Assembly: GCA_043228905.1 (NCBI GenBank)
Contig: JBHGNT010000016.1
Coordinates: 16,492,001-16,556,000 of the forward strand
From: Azolla caroliniana
Lineage: Eukaryota > Plantae > Polypodiophyta
Length of the DNA: 64,000 nt
Reading direction: 5' to 3'
Positions 51,350-64,000 of this stretch are shown here, piece after piece. A program made the position numbers and the translations under genes. Under the pieces are notes generated by a model. It saw nothing but the letters and a program-made list of their open reading frames with translations. It searched no databases and was not told where the DNA came from. The stretch's first letter is position 1; the number at the start of each line of letters is the position of its first letter.

Positions 51350-53266
51350 TCACCACATCCACCCCCACCAAACCGCACATCCACCGGTATGTGCCAAGAA
51401 AGGAAAAGGGTGAGAGATTTCGGCGACGGTGATCAATCGGGTCTTTCGCCTTACCGGCACCCAACCGTCTTGCCGGTCCCTTGCCAGTCCCTTGCCGGCG
51501 TCGATCCGTCTTGCCGGCTCCTTACCGGCCCCGACCCGCCGGCTCCATCCGATCCACCATGTCCGGCGCACGCACCTTCTTCTTCGACCGGCCATCCCAA
51601 ACACCGTTGCCGATCCGGTCTCCCTTCCTTCGCTCACCACGCATGTCCTCCGGTTAGACCCCCGATTACTTCGATTGCTCGCCGGGTGCCGCTCCTCGCG
51701 TATCACGTGTGTTCCACCTCCAGCTCGACCTTCTCCTTGCCCTGAACACCTCGTACCGACTCCCTTCGTTCTGCGCTCGGCTTCCGTAGGCACTTTCCGT
51801 GCGTCGTTGTCGTCCATCAAATGCGCGCTCGTGCTTTGGTCCTTACGTGACCCTGTTACGCACTCCTGGCTTCTCCCTCGCTCGTCGTGCTCTCTCACCG
51901 TAGAGCGTACCATCATCCCGACCACCATGTCAGTGTCCTTCGCGACTCTCGTCACCGCTTCATCCCGACTCTCGTCCTCTTGGCCCGCTTGGCCTGGCAT
52001 GCCTTCCGGGACGCCACGCTTCCTCTTCCCGGCACGTAGCCCGTTGCTCTCCACGCACCTCCTCCTGTTCTCAAGACATAGCCTTCCATGTTCGCCGATC
52101 ATCCGTTGATACCGGCACCTCACTGCTCCGTCTCTCGCCGCGTGCATTCCTCGCAAAGGCTCGTATGTCCTCCGGGTGCGCTCCCGAACTCTCTGATTGC
52201 ACTCCGGATTCCGCCCTTTTCGTGCCGCGTATGTTCCTCCTCTGGTTTTATCGTCTCCGCATGCCAAACACCTCAACGTGTCGACTCTTCCTGCTCCGCG
52301 CTTGCCTTCCATAGGCTCTTCTCGTGCGCCGATGTTGTACCCCGAATATGCGCCCATTCTTTGGCCCTTAGGTGACCCCATTCCGCGTTCCTTGCCTCTC
52401 CTTTGCCCGTCGTGCTCTCTCGCCGTAGAGCGTACCGTCATCCCGACCTCCGTGTTGGTGTCCCTCGAGGCTCTCGTTACTGCCTCGCCTCGACTCTCAT
52501 CCTCTTGGCCCATTTGGCCTCGCATGCCTTCCGGGACGCCGCACTTCCTCTTCCCGGCTCGTAGCCCGTTGCTCTCCACGCACCTCCTCCGGTTCTCAAG
52601 ACATAGCCTTCCATGCTCGCCGATCATCCTCGTGCTTGTCGTTCGGCCTTTACGCGGCCACATCGCACGTCTCGCACTCCGCTCCACTCTGCGTACCCTT
52701 TCGAAAAGGTACGTTGCTTCCCCGACATCCGTGTCGGTGCTCTCGTCTTCGGTGTCCTCCGAAACCTTCGATGTTGCCGCTTCGCCTTGAGGTACACCCT
52801 CTTGGTCCGCCTGGCCCGCTCGGCCGCACACATCCTTTGGGATACCCCGTTTGCTCTTCACGGTACGTGACCCTCCGTTCTCCATGCATCCCCTCCGTTT
52901 TCCCAGACACAATCCTTCGTTCATGTCGATCACGCTCGTCTCGTTTCGTCGATCTTGGCATCTTGTCGCACTGTCCGTCGTCCCGCACTTGCCTCTCGAA
53001 GGCTTCCTCCGACCGTCATCGTCGATCACTCGTTGCGGCTCCTTCGAATGCACGCTTGCTTTTTGGCCCTTCGCCGGCCGTAGTGCATGCTCCGTTTTAC
53101 GCCGTAGTGCATACTTCGTATTACGCGCCTCATCCACCGTAGACCCGACCTCCGCGTTGGTCTCTTCGTCCTTCGTTGCCGTAGCCCATTCCGACTCGGG
53201 CTTGCCGTCTTGGCCCCGCCCGTCCATTATTTCATACCGGATATCTACACCGGTCTCCAACTCCAC
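51350..53266 (-). CDS. 638-codon R/G/E-rich low-complexity ORF of unknown function, probably transposon-borne, with internal repeats
   Basis: No stop over 1.9 kb; no recognisable domain; GTG start is uncertain. Confidence 0.35.
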   Translation of the reverse strand: MELETGVDIRYEIMDGRGQDGKPESEWATATKDEETNAEVGSTVDEARNTKYALRRKTEHALRPAKGQKASVHSKEPQRVIDDDGRRKPSRGKCGTTDSATRCQDRRNETSVIDMNEGLCLGKRRGCMENGGSRTVKSKRGIPKDVCGRAGQADQEGVPQGEAATSKVSEDTEDESTDTDVGEATYLFERVRRVERSARRAMWPRKGRTTSTRMIGEHGRLCLENRRRCVESNGLRAGKRKCGVPEGMRGQMGQEDESRGEAVTRASRDTNTEVGMTVRSTAREHDGQRRGKERGMGSPKGQRMGAYSGYNIGAREEPMEGKRGAGRVDTLRCLACGDDKTRGGTYAARKGRNPECNQRVRERTRRTYEPLRGMHAARDGAVRCRYQRMIGEHGRLCLENRRRCVESNGLRAGKRKRGVPEGMPGQAGQEDESRDEAVTRVAKDTDMVVGMMVRSTVREHDERGRSQECVTGSRKDQSTSAHLMDDNDARKVPTEAERRTKGVGTRCSGQGEGRAGGGTHVIREERHPASNRSNRGSNRRTCVVSEGRETGSATVFGMAGRRRRCVRRTWWIGWSRRVGAGKEPARRIDAGKGLARDRQDGWVPVRRKTRLITVAEISHPFPFLAHTGGCAVWWGWMW

Positions 53267-53997
53267 ATCGGCCTCTAAGTCCTCGCCGCCACCCGCCGTC
53301 TTTTCGGTCTAATGTTGATCCGCAACCGCCAAAGTCTCAAGAATAGGTGTGGAGGGTTTCCCTTGCTCTCCGTCTTCCGCCAAGCCGTAATCACCGTGCC
53401 CGGTTAGCCTCCTTCTCGCGCTCACCGGCTCCCACCGCGTGTTGTGGCTCGTACGCCTCGGCCTCCAATCATGCCGACTTAGCCTTCGCCCGGATCGGTC
53501 TCGGCCGATCGAGTTCCGGTTTGGTCGACTCCCTTCCGTAACCGTAACCGGCCGCTACCTGTTTGTCCGCACCAATCCGGCCTTGCCGGCTCTTCTTCGG
53601 TTCAGGCCCGATTGACCAGACCCCGCTCCAATCTTCTTCCGCCTCGTTCCAGGCTCTGACCGGCTGTATTCCTTGCGCTTCGTGCGCGGGTCCTAACTAC
53701 TATTGATAATCTATTATGTTGCTTTACGTTGTTTTTCTACTGTGTCATTCTCATGGGTGAAGAAGGTACAATGTTGAGGAGGTTGGCCAAGAAGATGGTT
53801 TGTGTAGAAGATAACGAGGAAAAAAACCAAGAAAAAGAAGTATGTTGAAGTGGTTTATCCTAAAAACTTCTCCACGAGTTTGGGTTCATCCAAAGCACTT
53901 TATTTTGGTAAACAAGTTTTGTAAGATAAAAGTAGTATATATAAAGGAAAATGTAAAACAAAAGATTACCACAAAAGTTCTTTTTCCTAAAAGAGAT

Positions 53998-56985
53998 TGT
54001 AAAAGTAAGTACGTGGAAGCTTATGAGAAACCGGACAACAGCAGAAAGAACGAAGAAAGATGGAGACCTTGAAACACACACACACACACAGACCTCGGGA
54101 GAGACAGAGAGAGCAGAACATAAACTCTATTCAAAATAATAATACTTTGTGCTATTTACAACGTGCTTCGACAACACTATTTATACAAGTCCTTAAAAGG
54201 ATTGACAGAAGTACTACGTACTTCAATGATGATACGAGCGGTTGACTTACACTAACTACTAGGACAATGACTACCTAGTAGTCTAGAAGTGTAGGCCTCT
54301 ACTAGCCTTCCGGTTCACACTTCAGTCCGACTCTCCGATCCGTCTCCTGGTTTTGGATATCATCCAGACACCGATCCACATATGATCCGACTCAAGCTTA
54401 TACAGCCAATTCGGATCCGGTTGAGCTTGTTCGCTCAACACTCCCCCTCAAGCTTAACTTCAGGTCGGATTGTGGTGTTCGTATCTGTGGCAGCCAGTTC
54501 TTTCGTCCAGCTCCTTTTGGCGTCCTCCCGCCTTGCTCGCGTTCCTTGTTTGGTCCGATTCCTCCTTTTACGACCCGTCTGGTTCTGCGCTCCTCGACCT
54601 CCTTGGTTAGCTTGTTTGCTCAACAGGCCCATCTAAGCTCCTTTGTTGTTGTGACTCTGACGTCGACTTCATTGCTCGCAACAAAGACTCACATTATTAG
54701 AGGCAACGATACGATGAGACTAGCCTCAACCTCAACATGGACCAAACTTGCACACCACCTCCAGTACAACTAGTAGCATCCCATAATTGGGACAAGCTCG
54801 GGAATAACTTCATTCATGGGGCCCAAATGCCAACTCGAGAGAAGGCTAGAAGACTTGGAGTTGGCACTAGGAAGGTGAAAAGTAACAATGGTGCAAAAAA
54901 AAAAGCAAATTTAACAAGATGCACCAACAATGCCCAAAGAAAATCGAAGACGGTGACGATATGATGGTGACAACTACAACTTGACAATCAACATAGCTCA
55001 ATGATGAAGATTGCAAGAAAGTGGTTTGGACCATACATTATGACAAATGCAAATGACAACACCACTTACGACCTCTCTAAACTCAACATCAAAAGACTAG
55101 TGGTTTCGATAGTAGGCGAACGAGTTAAGATCTTCAAGAAGTGGCAAAAAGATGAGTTGAACCTCAATGACTCAAGAAGATGAACATAAAAGGAACAAAG
55201 GATTGAGACGCTCACAAACGAAATGGTAGTGCACCTCAATGTGCTTAGTCTGGGCATTAAAGACAGGGTTCTTTGCTACCTAGATATTGTTGAGGTTGTC
55301 ACAGTAGATCGTTGTTGGATCGGACACCTCCTCCTGCAGATCCTAAACCGGCCCGTGTCAACCTTTCCGGATGAATAGTGACGAGTCCGATTTGGACGTC
55401 GCAAAGCCCATCCGACGCAATCATTGTGTGATCTTCACGTTCCAGGCACGTGGGGCTTGCTTTAGTCCGTAAAGGGACTTCTTCAATCGGCACACCACCG
55501 AAGTGTTCGTTCTGGAGTGAAATCCGGGGGGTTGTACCAAGTACACCTGTTCCTCAAGTTCACCTTGCAGGAACGCATTCTTTACATCCATCTGATGTAA
55601 GTGCCACCCCTTTGCCGTAGCTACCACGATCAAAACATGGATGATCGTCATCTTCGCGACCGGCGCAAATGTCTCATCGTAGTTGATGTCGTGTTTCTGC
55701 ACATAGCCTTTTGCTACTAATCGGGCCTTGTATCGGTTGACCGAGCCGTCAGTGTTGTAGTTGACCTTGTACACCCACCTACATCCGATCGGCTTCACAC
55801 CTTTCGGTGCGTCAACTAGGTCCCAGGTTTCATTCTCCGCCAATGCGCGCATCTCTTCCTCCATTGTGGCACGCCAATTTGCATCCTTCGCCGCTTTTGC
55901 GTAGCTCTCTAGCCCATGCATTTCCGCTACATGGGTCATGTACGCATAGTGATGTGCCATGTACTCGTTGTATCCGAACCACACAACAGGGTTCTTCTAG
56001 TAGGTAGATCGGCGTAATTGCTCATTAGCCGATGTTGAGCCTTTCTTGACTCACGCGGACTTCGCTCTCAAAGGCCCGTCATCACTTTGCTCGGAGTCAG
56101 ATTCGCGTCGATCCGACTCACCCTTATTCGTGCCGTACTCCGGCATCTTCTTCTTCCCTTTTTCCTTGCGCGTAAGTTGTCTCCTCGGCTTTTTGCGCGG
56201 AGAATGCACGGCCGAGTCTCCACTACTCGCCTGCTCTTCTTCGAACCGACTTAGTCTTCCATTCAGTCCACTTAACGGAAACGAGATCAGGCTCTCTTTG
56301 AGGGTCCTGATTTCACCCTCATCCGAAGGCACTTCAGCCTCGTTGGCCTCATCGTCAGAGCTCGGATTGGAGGTGAGGTCTAGAGTCGGAAGCAAATACC
56401 AGGACGTGGACTCGTCAAACACAACATCACGGCTCACGTGAGCTTGTTTGGTTCAGGGGTTATAACACTTATAACCCTTCTGCTCGTCCGAATAGCCGAC
56501 TAGGATACACTTCTCGGCCTTCGCGTCCAGCTTCCTCTATTTCTCCTTCCTCACATGCAGATACGCAATACTACCGAAAACTCTCAAGTGTCGTAGATTC
56601 GGCTTCCTTCCGAAATATAGCTCATGCACCGACACTTTGTCTCCGATCCGATTCTGGATGTACACCGCGGTTCGTACTACCTCGGCCCAATAGAACTTGG
56701 ACAAGCTCTTTTCTTCAAGCATTGCCCGCGCCGCTTCTACAATCGACTGATTTTTCCTTTCAGCCATGCCGTTTTGCTCTGGCGTATATCTGCAACTGAA
56801 TTCGCGTTGAAGTCCCATCTAATGCAGATACCCGTTGAATTCACCTAAAAAGTACTCTTTTCCGCCATCCGACTGCAGGCACTTGATCTTTCTTCATGTT
56901 TCCATTTCGACGAAACTCTTGAGGTCCCGGAAATAGTCGAAGACTTCACTCTTCTTCTCAATAAGGTAGATCCACTTGTGCTGTG
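53998..56985 (-). mobile_element. Copia family A copy A5 (3' LTR 53998-54440, tail, RNase H remnant, RT N-terminus, INT), rearranged; interrupted by Gypsy F
   Basis: ...RPEVKLEGEC at the PPT/LTR junction; RNase H remnant 55200-55350; RT 55421-55984; INT 56051-56985; foreign segment ~54670-55200. Confidence 0.85.
54950..55183 (+). pseudogene. Gypsy integrase C-terminal (GPY/F) fragment
   Basis: RKWFGPYIMTNANDNTTYDL...GERVKIF. Confidence 0.55.
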
Positions 56986-59900
56986 TGTTAATCCTAGGGG
57001 TTGGACAATAACCTAACACAGGGTGTCCACTTAAGACACTTCTCTAAAGGGTGGTACGGCAGAATGACCTTAATTGGTTACTTAGCAATCCATAATTAAC
57101 ACGCGTAAGATATAACAATGACTACAGAACGGTAATCAACACTGAGAGATTAAGACAATAAGCTCTATTAATTATCCGTTTCTGATTACATTATAACCGG
57201 GCCTTTATATAGGTCTCCGGTGCGAAATACAAAACGGTGCCAACTGGCACTTTTACGGGATCGGTCCGGATCCGGATCGGCATATCGATTCCGGTCCGTC
57301 CGTCCACATCTTCTCATATATTAATATCTCTATTAAGATTACTAATTACAATAGTTCCCGAATAAACTATTCCTTTTCACACTTTGATTTGGACCTCCTT
57401 AAGCCTTCTTGTTAGCCGGTAACACATGGCATGCCCGTGGGACAGTACCTTGTACGTCAAACCCATTATCCGGCCCTTTTATGCTTCGTCCAAAATGTCC
57501 AGAATGCTTTGCTCCAAAATTTCCAATGGCTCGTCGGGAATCTGTTGTTGCTGTTGTGGCTGCTGTTGCTATAGCTGTTGTTCCGTTGGGGCTGTTGCTA
57601 TTATTCCGTTTGTGGTTGTGGGTGCTACTCCGTTTGTGCCTTCTTCGTTTGGGGTTGCGGCTCCGTTTGTTGCGCTAGCATCGGCATTTCCTTTGTTGGT
57701 TCCTCCGTCGGAGTTGTATGTGGCTGACTGACCCTGGCCTGGTCCCTGTCTAGTCCTTGCATCGGTGACGGTTCCTCATCACTAAGGTTGACCGTTGCCG
57801 CCTTTCTCGCTTTTTCTTCCCGCAGCCGGGACCGCTCATAGCTCCCAAACTGGATTTGAGCCTCCAGCCGATCGTCGTCCAGTTGAACTACGAGCTGCCG
57901 GACCTGTACCAGTTGTTCATCCGCCAAGGCTGTGAAATCTTCGGCCAGCTCATCCCTTATGGTGGTGAAGTCCTCCGAGGTCATCGTATAACAGTCGTCG
58001 CCCTCCTTTCGCCGGTTTTCCACGTCTGCCCTAAGCAATTGGAGTTCCGCCGTATTCTGCGCCCATTTCGTCCACCAACGCACAGAGCTGTCGTCAATCA
58101 AGCTTTTGGTCTTAGTGAGCCATGACCGGAGGATGCATTGGATCTGTTCGGCTCCCATCTGTTATTTATTTTCTGTGGCTTGTCGCTCTTCCTTCAATTT
58201 CTTGATGATCCGAACCGTGTCCGCCTCCTACTCCCTATAATGCGACAATTGATTTTGATAGCTTGTTTGCAACCTTTGTAATACCATTGTCGCTCTTTCC
58301 TTGTCTTCATGGTTCTGTTTGTGGAGCTCCATCCGGTCATTCGCCGCTTCCTCCAATAGCCTGGAACTTTCCGCTCGTTTTTCGGCGAGTGCCGTTGTGG
58401 CCCTATCAACTTCTTGCCGGAGCTCGGCCATCCGTTCCTGCTGCTGCTTATACTCCGTCTCCAGCTGCTTGTAGTCCCGATGAAGATGATCGAAATCATC
58501 GGTCTTCTGCTTCAGCCTCTGATTGATCTGCCGGCGCGCATGGTCCTCCCAGTCCTTCTGTTGACGGAGCTCTTCCTTCAGCCTCTTGATTTCCGTTTCC
58601 GCCATCCGTCGTAGCTTGTCTTTTTCCTGCAACAATTTCTCTTTTTCCTCCTTCAGTTGGTCGTAAGCATGACGTCCTTTACGCAGGTTTTCCTCTGCTC
58701 GGCGAAGGTTCTCAGTAGTCTTTTTTAATTGTTCTTCGGCCGCCTTCTTCAAGTCGCGTTCGTGGCACCGTAATGCTTCTTGTGCGGCGAGCTCATCTCG
58801 TAATTCCGCAAGCTCTTGGGCTTGCGCCGCATCTTTCTTTGGGACAGTTTGTGTCTCCGGGGTCTTATTCCTCTGTACATTAACCGGAGTCACCGGTGCT
58901 TGGATCTACGTTGCGGTTAAGGCCATTTTGGCCATATCTCCTGTGATCCGATCCAAGTCTTGTTCGAGGCACCAGATCCTTGACCGGGCCGTCTCCAGTT
59001 CATCGGTTGTGACAAGCAACCGTTCCGTTTGCGCTCTTTCCTCTGCCTCTATGCATCCGACTACTCCGGCAATTTGTTCTCCTATCCATCGGAGCCATTG
59101 GCTGCTGGTGCACTGTTGTTGCGCTTGCACGGAGAGTTGGCTGATGGGTTCACTCGCCGGTGGCTGGTCCCGCTTTACTGCGTCGAGTTGCGCTTCTGGT
59201 TCTGCCAGCTGACCGTTTTGCCATTCCGGCTCTGAGTGTGTTTTGGCTAGTCGCCCTAAACCCTACTCTTGAGTTACGGGGCTTGCCGGTGCTGCCTATT
59301 GTGCAGGGACTTCTGTGACCGGTTTTCTCCGAACCGGTTCCGGTACCTCCCTTGGCATGGGATGCTCAGCGTGAGTTGTGGGCGTTCCATCCTTCTGTGG
59401 GTCCAAATGCTTCCGGGCTGATTCAACGGTGCTCTTCACCGGCCGCCGCTGGAGGTGCTCCGTGGGTTCTTCCTCCATTTCTTCCGCCTGAGTCCCGACA
59501 TTCATTCTTGCCGCCAGGGTGTTCGTTTTCGGTTGCACCGGTCGGTGGAGTGGGCTCTTCAGGGGCGGTGCCGGTGTCTCCTCACTTGCATTCGTCGGCC
59601 GCTTTTGGCTGGCGCGCTCCTTTGCCGCCTTCTCTGCGTCGGCCGTCTTCCCCTTAGTGGCCTTGGAGGCCAATAGTTGTTGTCGTTTCGAAGCAGGTTT
59701 CGGGGTGCCATCCGTTGCTCTTCCCCGCTTCTTGGTTTGGACAGGCTCAACCGGTGGCGCCAACAGGGTGAGCCATTGTGTCACCGCATGCCATATTTTC
59801 CGGCCTTCCTTGCCGTCCATTCCTCTTACTATATCAATGGCCGTACACAGCCCGTCGGCGATCAGCACCGACCAATCTACCTTGACCCCTTCGTACGTTG

Positions 59901-60235
59901 CGATGATCAAGCCTGCTCGGTTCTAAGGCATGACGGGGGGTCGAGGGTACACATGGCCGAACTCATGGAGCACACGGGCAATTTCGCGGAATAGCATATC
60001 TTCGCCGCCCTGTGTCTTGTAGCCCTTGTTGGCTAGAGAGTACGCACCGAAATATTTGATGAGTTGCTCGGAGGTAGGATTGTCGATCGTATAGATGCCT
60101 CGCTCCGGAAGGCCTATTAACGCACAGATTGCCTCCTCCATGATCACCTCTGTGTCGATTTCTTTTATAATCTTTTCGGCCTCCTTGTGTGGCCCCGCCT
60201 CCATGATCATGAAAAAACCCTCCAATCCATGCTGT
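56986..60235 (-). mobile_element. Gypsy element F (relative of E), 3' LTR 56986-57459 plus extra ORF ~57500-60235; interrupted by chromovirus G2
   Basis: LTR start TGACGTACAAGGTACTGTCCCACGGGCATGCCA resembles the E LTR start; ends TAACA; extra ORF homologous to that of E. Confidence 0.8.
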
Positions 60236-63200
60236 TGTTAGGAATAGTACTAAAGCAGAGATGGAATTAGTACTAGAGAAGAGCAGTACTATTAGTACTA
60301 AGAGGACGGGACTGCGTAAGACTCCCGAGAGAGAGAGAAAGAGAGAAGCAAAAAGAGAGATAGCGAGAATGAGAGAGAGAGAAGGATGATGACAACAGCT
60401 CTTATATTATATGAAAGATAAGTACAAATTGGCTAAGAGGCTTAAGACTGGTGTTGAACCAATTTGGTTCAACATAATGCCTAGTGCCTTCTTTTATAGT
60501 GTTGTCAAGAGTAATCCTGAAACTTCTAGAATGTTCCAGAGAAATCTGGAATATACATTACTTTCTTATAATAAAACATAAATGAAAATAATATTCAATG
60601 AATTACAATGGATGGTGTGATGGTTAAGAGCTCGACCCATATGCCATAAGGTTATGGGTTCGAGTCTTGCCATATCATGACACTATCTCCCCCTTAAAGA
60701 CGACGAGTGGAACGAGTCGGCGCTGATTGCGGACCGGGTTTGTCCGGATACTTTCGATGGAAATCAGCAAGCAGATCCTGAGCATTGGCAACATGCTCGA
60801 CGGGTTCCCAAGTGCGTTCGCTCGAACTATAACCAAGCCAATCGAGCAAATAATAAAGTTTGTTGCGAATAAGTTTGGAATCGAGGATGGCAGCAACTTC
60901 ATACTCCGGGCCGACGTCCAACTCCAGCGGGGGCGGCGGTAGTGTAACATGATCGGGAATGGTGTTTGCTTTATAAGGTTCAAGAAGAGAACAATGGAAA
61001 ACCGGATGTATCTGAAGCTGTGGAGGGAGATCGAGGCGAAATGTGACATCATTAACCTTACCCGTAATACGAAAAGGAGTGAGTCGTCGATAATCCAACT
61101 TGTCACACGGTTGAGTAGTCTTGATGTGACGACGTAAGAGCCATACTCAATCTCCGATGGCAAAAGAGAGGGGAAGTCGATGACGATCCGCATAAGTCTT
61201 CTGTGTTTGTTGAGCATGACGAAGATGAGTCGAGAGATCTGTCTGGATCTTGCGTAGTCTCTCCAAATGATCCCCGGCACGAGGATTGGTAGGTAACTCC
61301 GGGGTGTCGATCACCGACCAGCGAGGATGAGAACCGGTATAAGCGTAGAATGGGGAGACTCGAGTCGAGGAGTGAACAACATTATTATACGCAAACTCTG
61401 TAAAGTGGAGAATCTCGGCCCAATCGTCCTGTTGATAACTCAGGAAACACCTGAGATATTGCTCCAGCGTTTGGTTTGTTCGTTCCGCCTGCCCATCGGT
61501 TTGAGGATGGTACCCGGAGGAGAGGTTGCAAGAAACCTTGAGCATCTTGAAGAGATGCTGCCAAAATTTGGAGACAAATTGCGGTCCTCGGTCACTGATG
61601 ATACTGTCTAGGAGGCCATGATGCCGAAATACCTCACGCATGACTAGGGTGGCAGTTTCCTCGCTAGTGATGGCCTTAGTACACGGAACAAAATGTGCCA
61701 TCTTCGTATATCGATTGACGACGGTTAAGATAGCATCGAACCCCTGCGAGACCGGCAGATCTGTGATAAAATCAAGACAAATAGACTGCCATGGCTTAGT
61801 TGGAATCGGTAAGGGTTCCAACAAACCATATGGATGGTGTCGTGGCATCTTTGCTCGGCAGCAAGCATCACAAGTCTGAACGTAGTCGTCGACAAAACGA
61901 CGCATGTGGGGCCACCAAAAAGATCGCTGCACTAGCTCCAACGTCTTAGTACTACCGAAATGTCTCGCCGTATGGGTGTCGTGACAATGTTGGACGATTT
62001 GAAGGCGGCAGGAGCAATCGGGGACATATACGCGCTTTTTAAAGAATAACAAACCATCATGATATTCGAATTGTCGGTAGTCAATACCTGGTTATTAAGA
62101 CTGAGAACAGGATGCCCGAGAAGTATCAATGTGGGCCAGGATGTCTTGAGCAAAACTATCCGTCTTCAAGTTTGCACGTATGTCATCGGTAATCCGTGAA
62201 TCCATCAGGGTGTGAAAAATCTGCGTCGTGTGCAATCGTGTTGGCCCCAAGATTACTTGCTTTTGATTATCAAATGTTGGATCACCAGGACGAGGTGCAA
62301 GATATGAATGCCGTGATAGTGCATCTGCTTTTCCTTGCTGCTTCCCCGGTCGATATGTGATTTTGAAGTCGAAATGCGTGAGGAATTGCGCCCACCGAGC
62401 TTGCCGTCGATTTAGTACGCGAGTGTTCTGGAAATAAGCAAGATTTTTATAATCACTAAAGACAATGACCTGATGTGGAGAGCCCTCTAAGAAATGCCGC
62501 CATTGCACAAATGAATCCACGATGGCTAATAACTCCTTGTCATGTATTTCGTAGTTGATTTCCGCGACATCGAATTTGTGCGAATGGAAAGCCACCAGAT
62601 GCAACTCTTCTTTATCTCCTTGTTGAGAAAGGATGCTACCGAGGGCGAAATTTGAAGCATCGGCCTCCATGATGAATGGTTTGCTGGTATCCACATGAGC
62701 TAGAATCGGTGCTGATGTAAAGGCTTTCTTAAGATGCCGAAAAGCCATATCTGCTTCGATGGACCAAAGAAATGCTTGGCCCTTCTTCGTAAGTTGTGTG
62801 AGGGGTAAAATAATCTTTGAATAATCCTGTATAAACTTATGGTAGAAGTTAGCAAAACCTAGAAAACATTGTACATCTCGTACCGACCGTGGAATTTGCC
62901 ACTCTAGTACAGTTTGAACTTTAGCTGGATCCATGGCGATGCCCTTTGAGGAGATGACGTAGCCTAGAAATTCCACTTGCTTGCAGTCAAAGTTACATTT
63001 TTCTAGCTTGGCATAAAGACCATTCTCGCGGAGCCACTTTAGTACTAATAGTACATGAGAATCGTGCTCTTGCTGGGTCTTCGAATAAATCAATAGATCA
63101 TCCAGATAGATGATCAAACAGATATCCAAGAGGTCTCTGAATATATCATTTGCCATGTGTTGGAAGACTGCGGGTGCATTGGTTAAGCCGAACGGCATAA

Positions 63201-64000
63201 CAGTATACTCGAAATGCCCATACCGCGTGCGAAAGGCGGTCTTCCATTCATCTCCCGGTCGGATCCGCACGAGGTTATACGCTCCTCGTAGATCGATTTT
63301 GGTAAAAAACTTGGCACCATTAACTCGCTCTAAAAGACTTGGTATAAGAGGAAGTGCATACCTATTCCGGATGGTGACCTTATTCAATCCGCGGTAATCA
63401 ACGACGAGACGAAGTGAGCCATCTTTCTTCTTGACAAAGAAGATGGGTGCACCGGCCAGAGATTTCGAATGACGGATGAACCCGCTTGCCAAGTTCTCCT
63501 CTATGTAGGCTCGAAGGACTTCTAACTCGGTGGGTGACAAGTTGTAAATTGGTCCCCATGGTGGCTCGGTTCCTGGTTGTAAATTGATGGGACAGTCATA
63601 GGGACGGTGATGAGGAAGGGTACCGGCTTTTACCTTGTCAAATACATCAGCATAAGGATGATATTTTGCCGGAAGTTGTACTGAGGAGTCCTTCTTAATA
63701 GTGTTGGAAGGATGTACTGATATTGCAAATAGGAACATTGCCTCCTTGTGTCCTTCTTCGCGTAATTGATGGAGTGAAATGGTCGAAACTCGGTGAGTAG
63801 ATTCTTGGGGTGGTCGATATCGGACTTCTCTTGTTCTCCAATCTATGGCTAGATTATGTAATTCAAACCAAGGTAATCCTAGGACAATGGGATGCTCTGG
63901 ACTACTACTTATATTAAATGATATTACACACACAAAACTACCTAGGACAACTTGAATGGGTTCTGATTCTTCTACAATATTCCCGGAAGCAATGGGACGA
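60236..64000 (-). mobile_element. Chromovirus G2 (same family as G1): 3' LTR 60236-60682 and pol running off the right edge
   Basis: LTR aligns with the G1 LTRs; PPT AAGGGGAGATAG; RT/RH (62095-63933), INT (61147-62052), chromodomain (60694-61098); in-frame stops at 62095 and 61147. Confidence 0.93.

Overview
Plant nuclear DNA, most likely a non-seed plant such as a fern (inferred from the retroelement families only). About 85% of the window is nested LTR retrotransposons, with one intact-looking host gene: a 5-exon aldo-keto reductase (minus strand, 47114-48789, 347 aa). The nesting can be rebuilt from LTR ends, PBS/PPT and target-site duplications. A plus-strand Copia (family B, ~5397-41726) hosts a Copia-A copy (7277-17678, TSD CGAAG), which hosts a chromodomain Gypsy (9955-15590, TSD GGTAC). 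The same Copia-B also hosts a non-chromovirus Gypsy (~18064-39554), which hosts two young Copia copies (25717-31402; 34202-39548, TSD GTAAC). A second stack (Copia-A > Gypsy > chromovirus) runs from 53998 off the right edge. The most interesting signals are in the chromovirus: it has no tRNA PBS but a Tf1-like self-priming match, a tRNA-like A-box/B-box cassette at the U3 end of all three LTR copies, and a clear -1 frameshift signal. Other notable features are a conserved ~200-codon basic tail after Copia RNase H, a shared extra ORF in two Gypsy elements, a gag swap between Copia families, variable U3 tandem arrays, and a duplicated 3' flank of the AKR gene. All alignments were made by eye.
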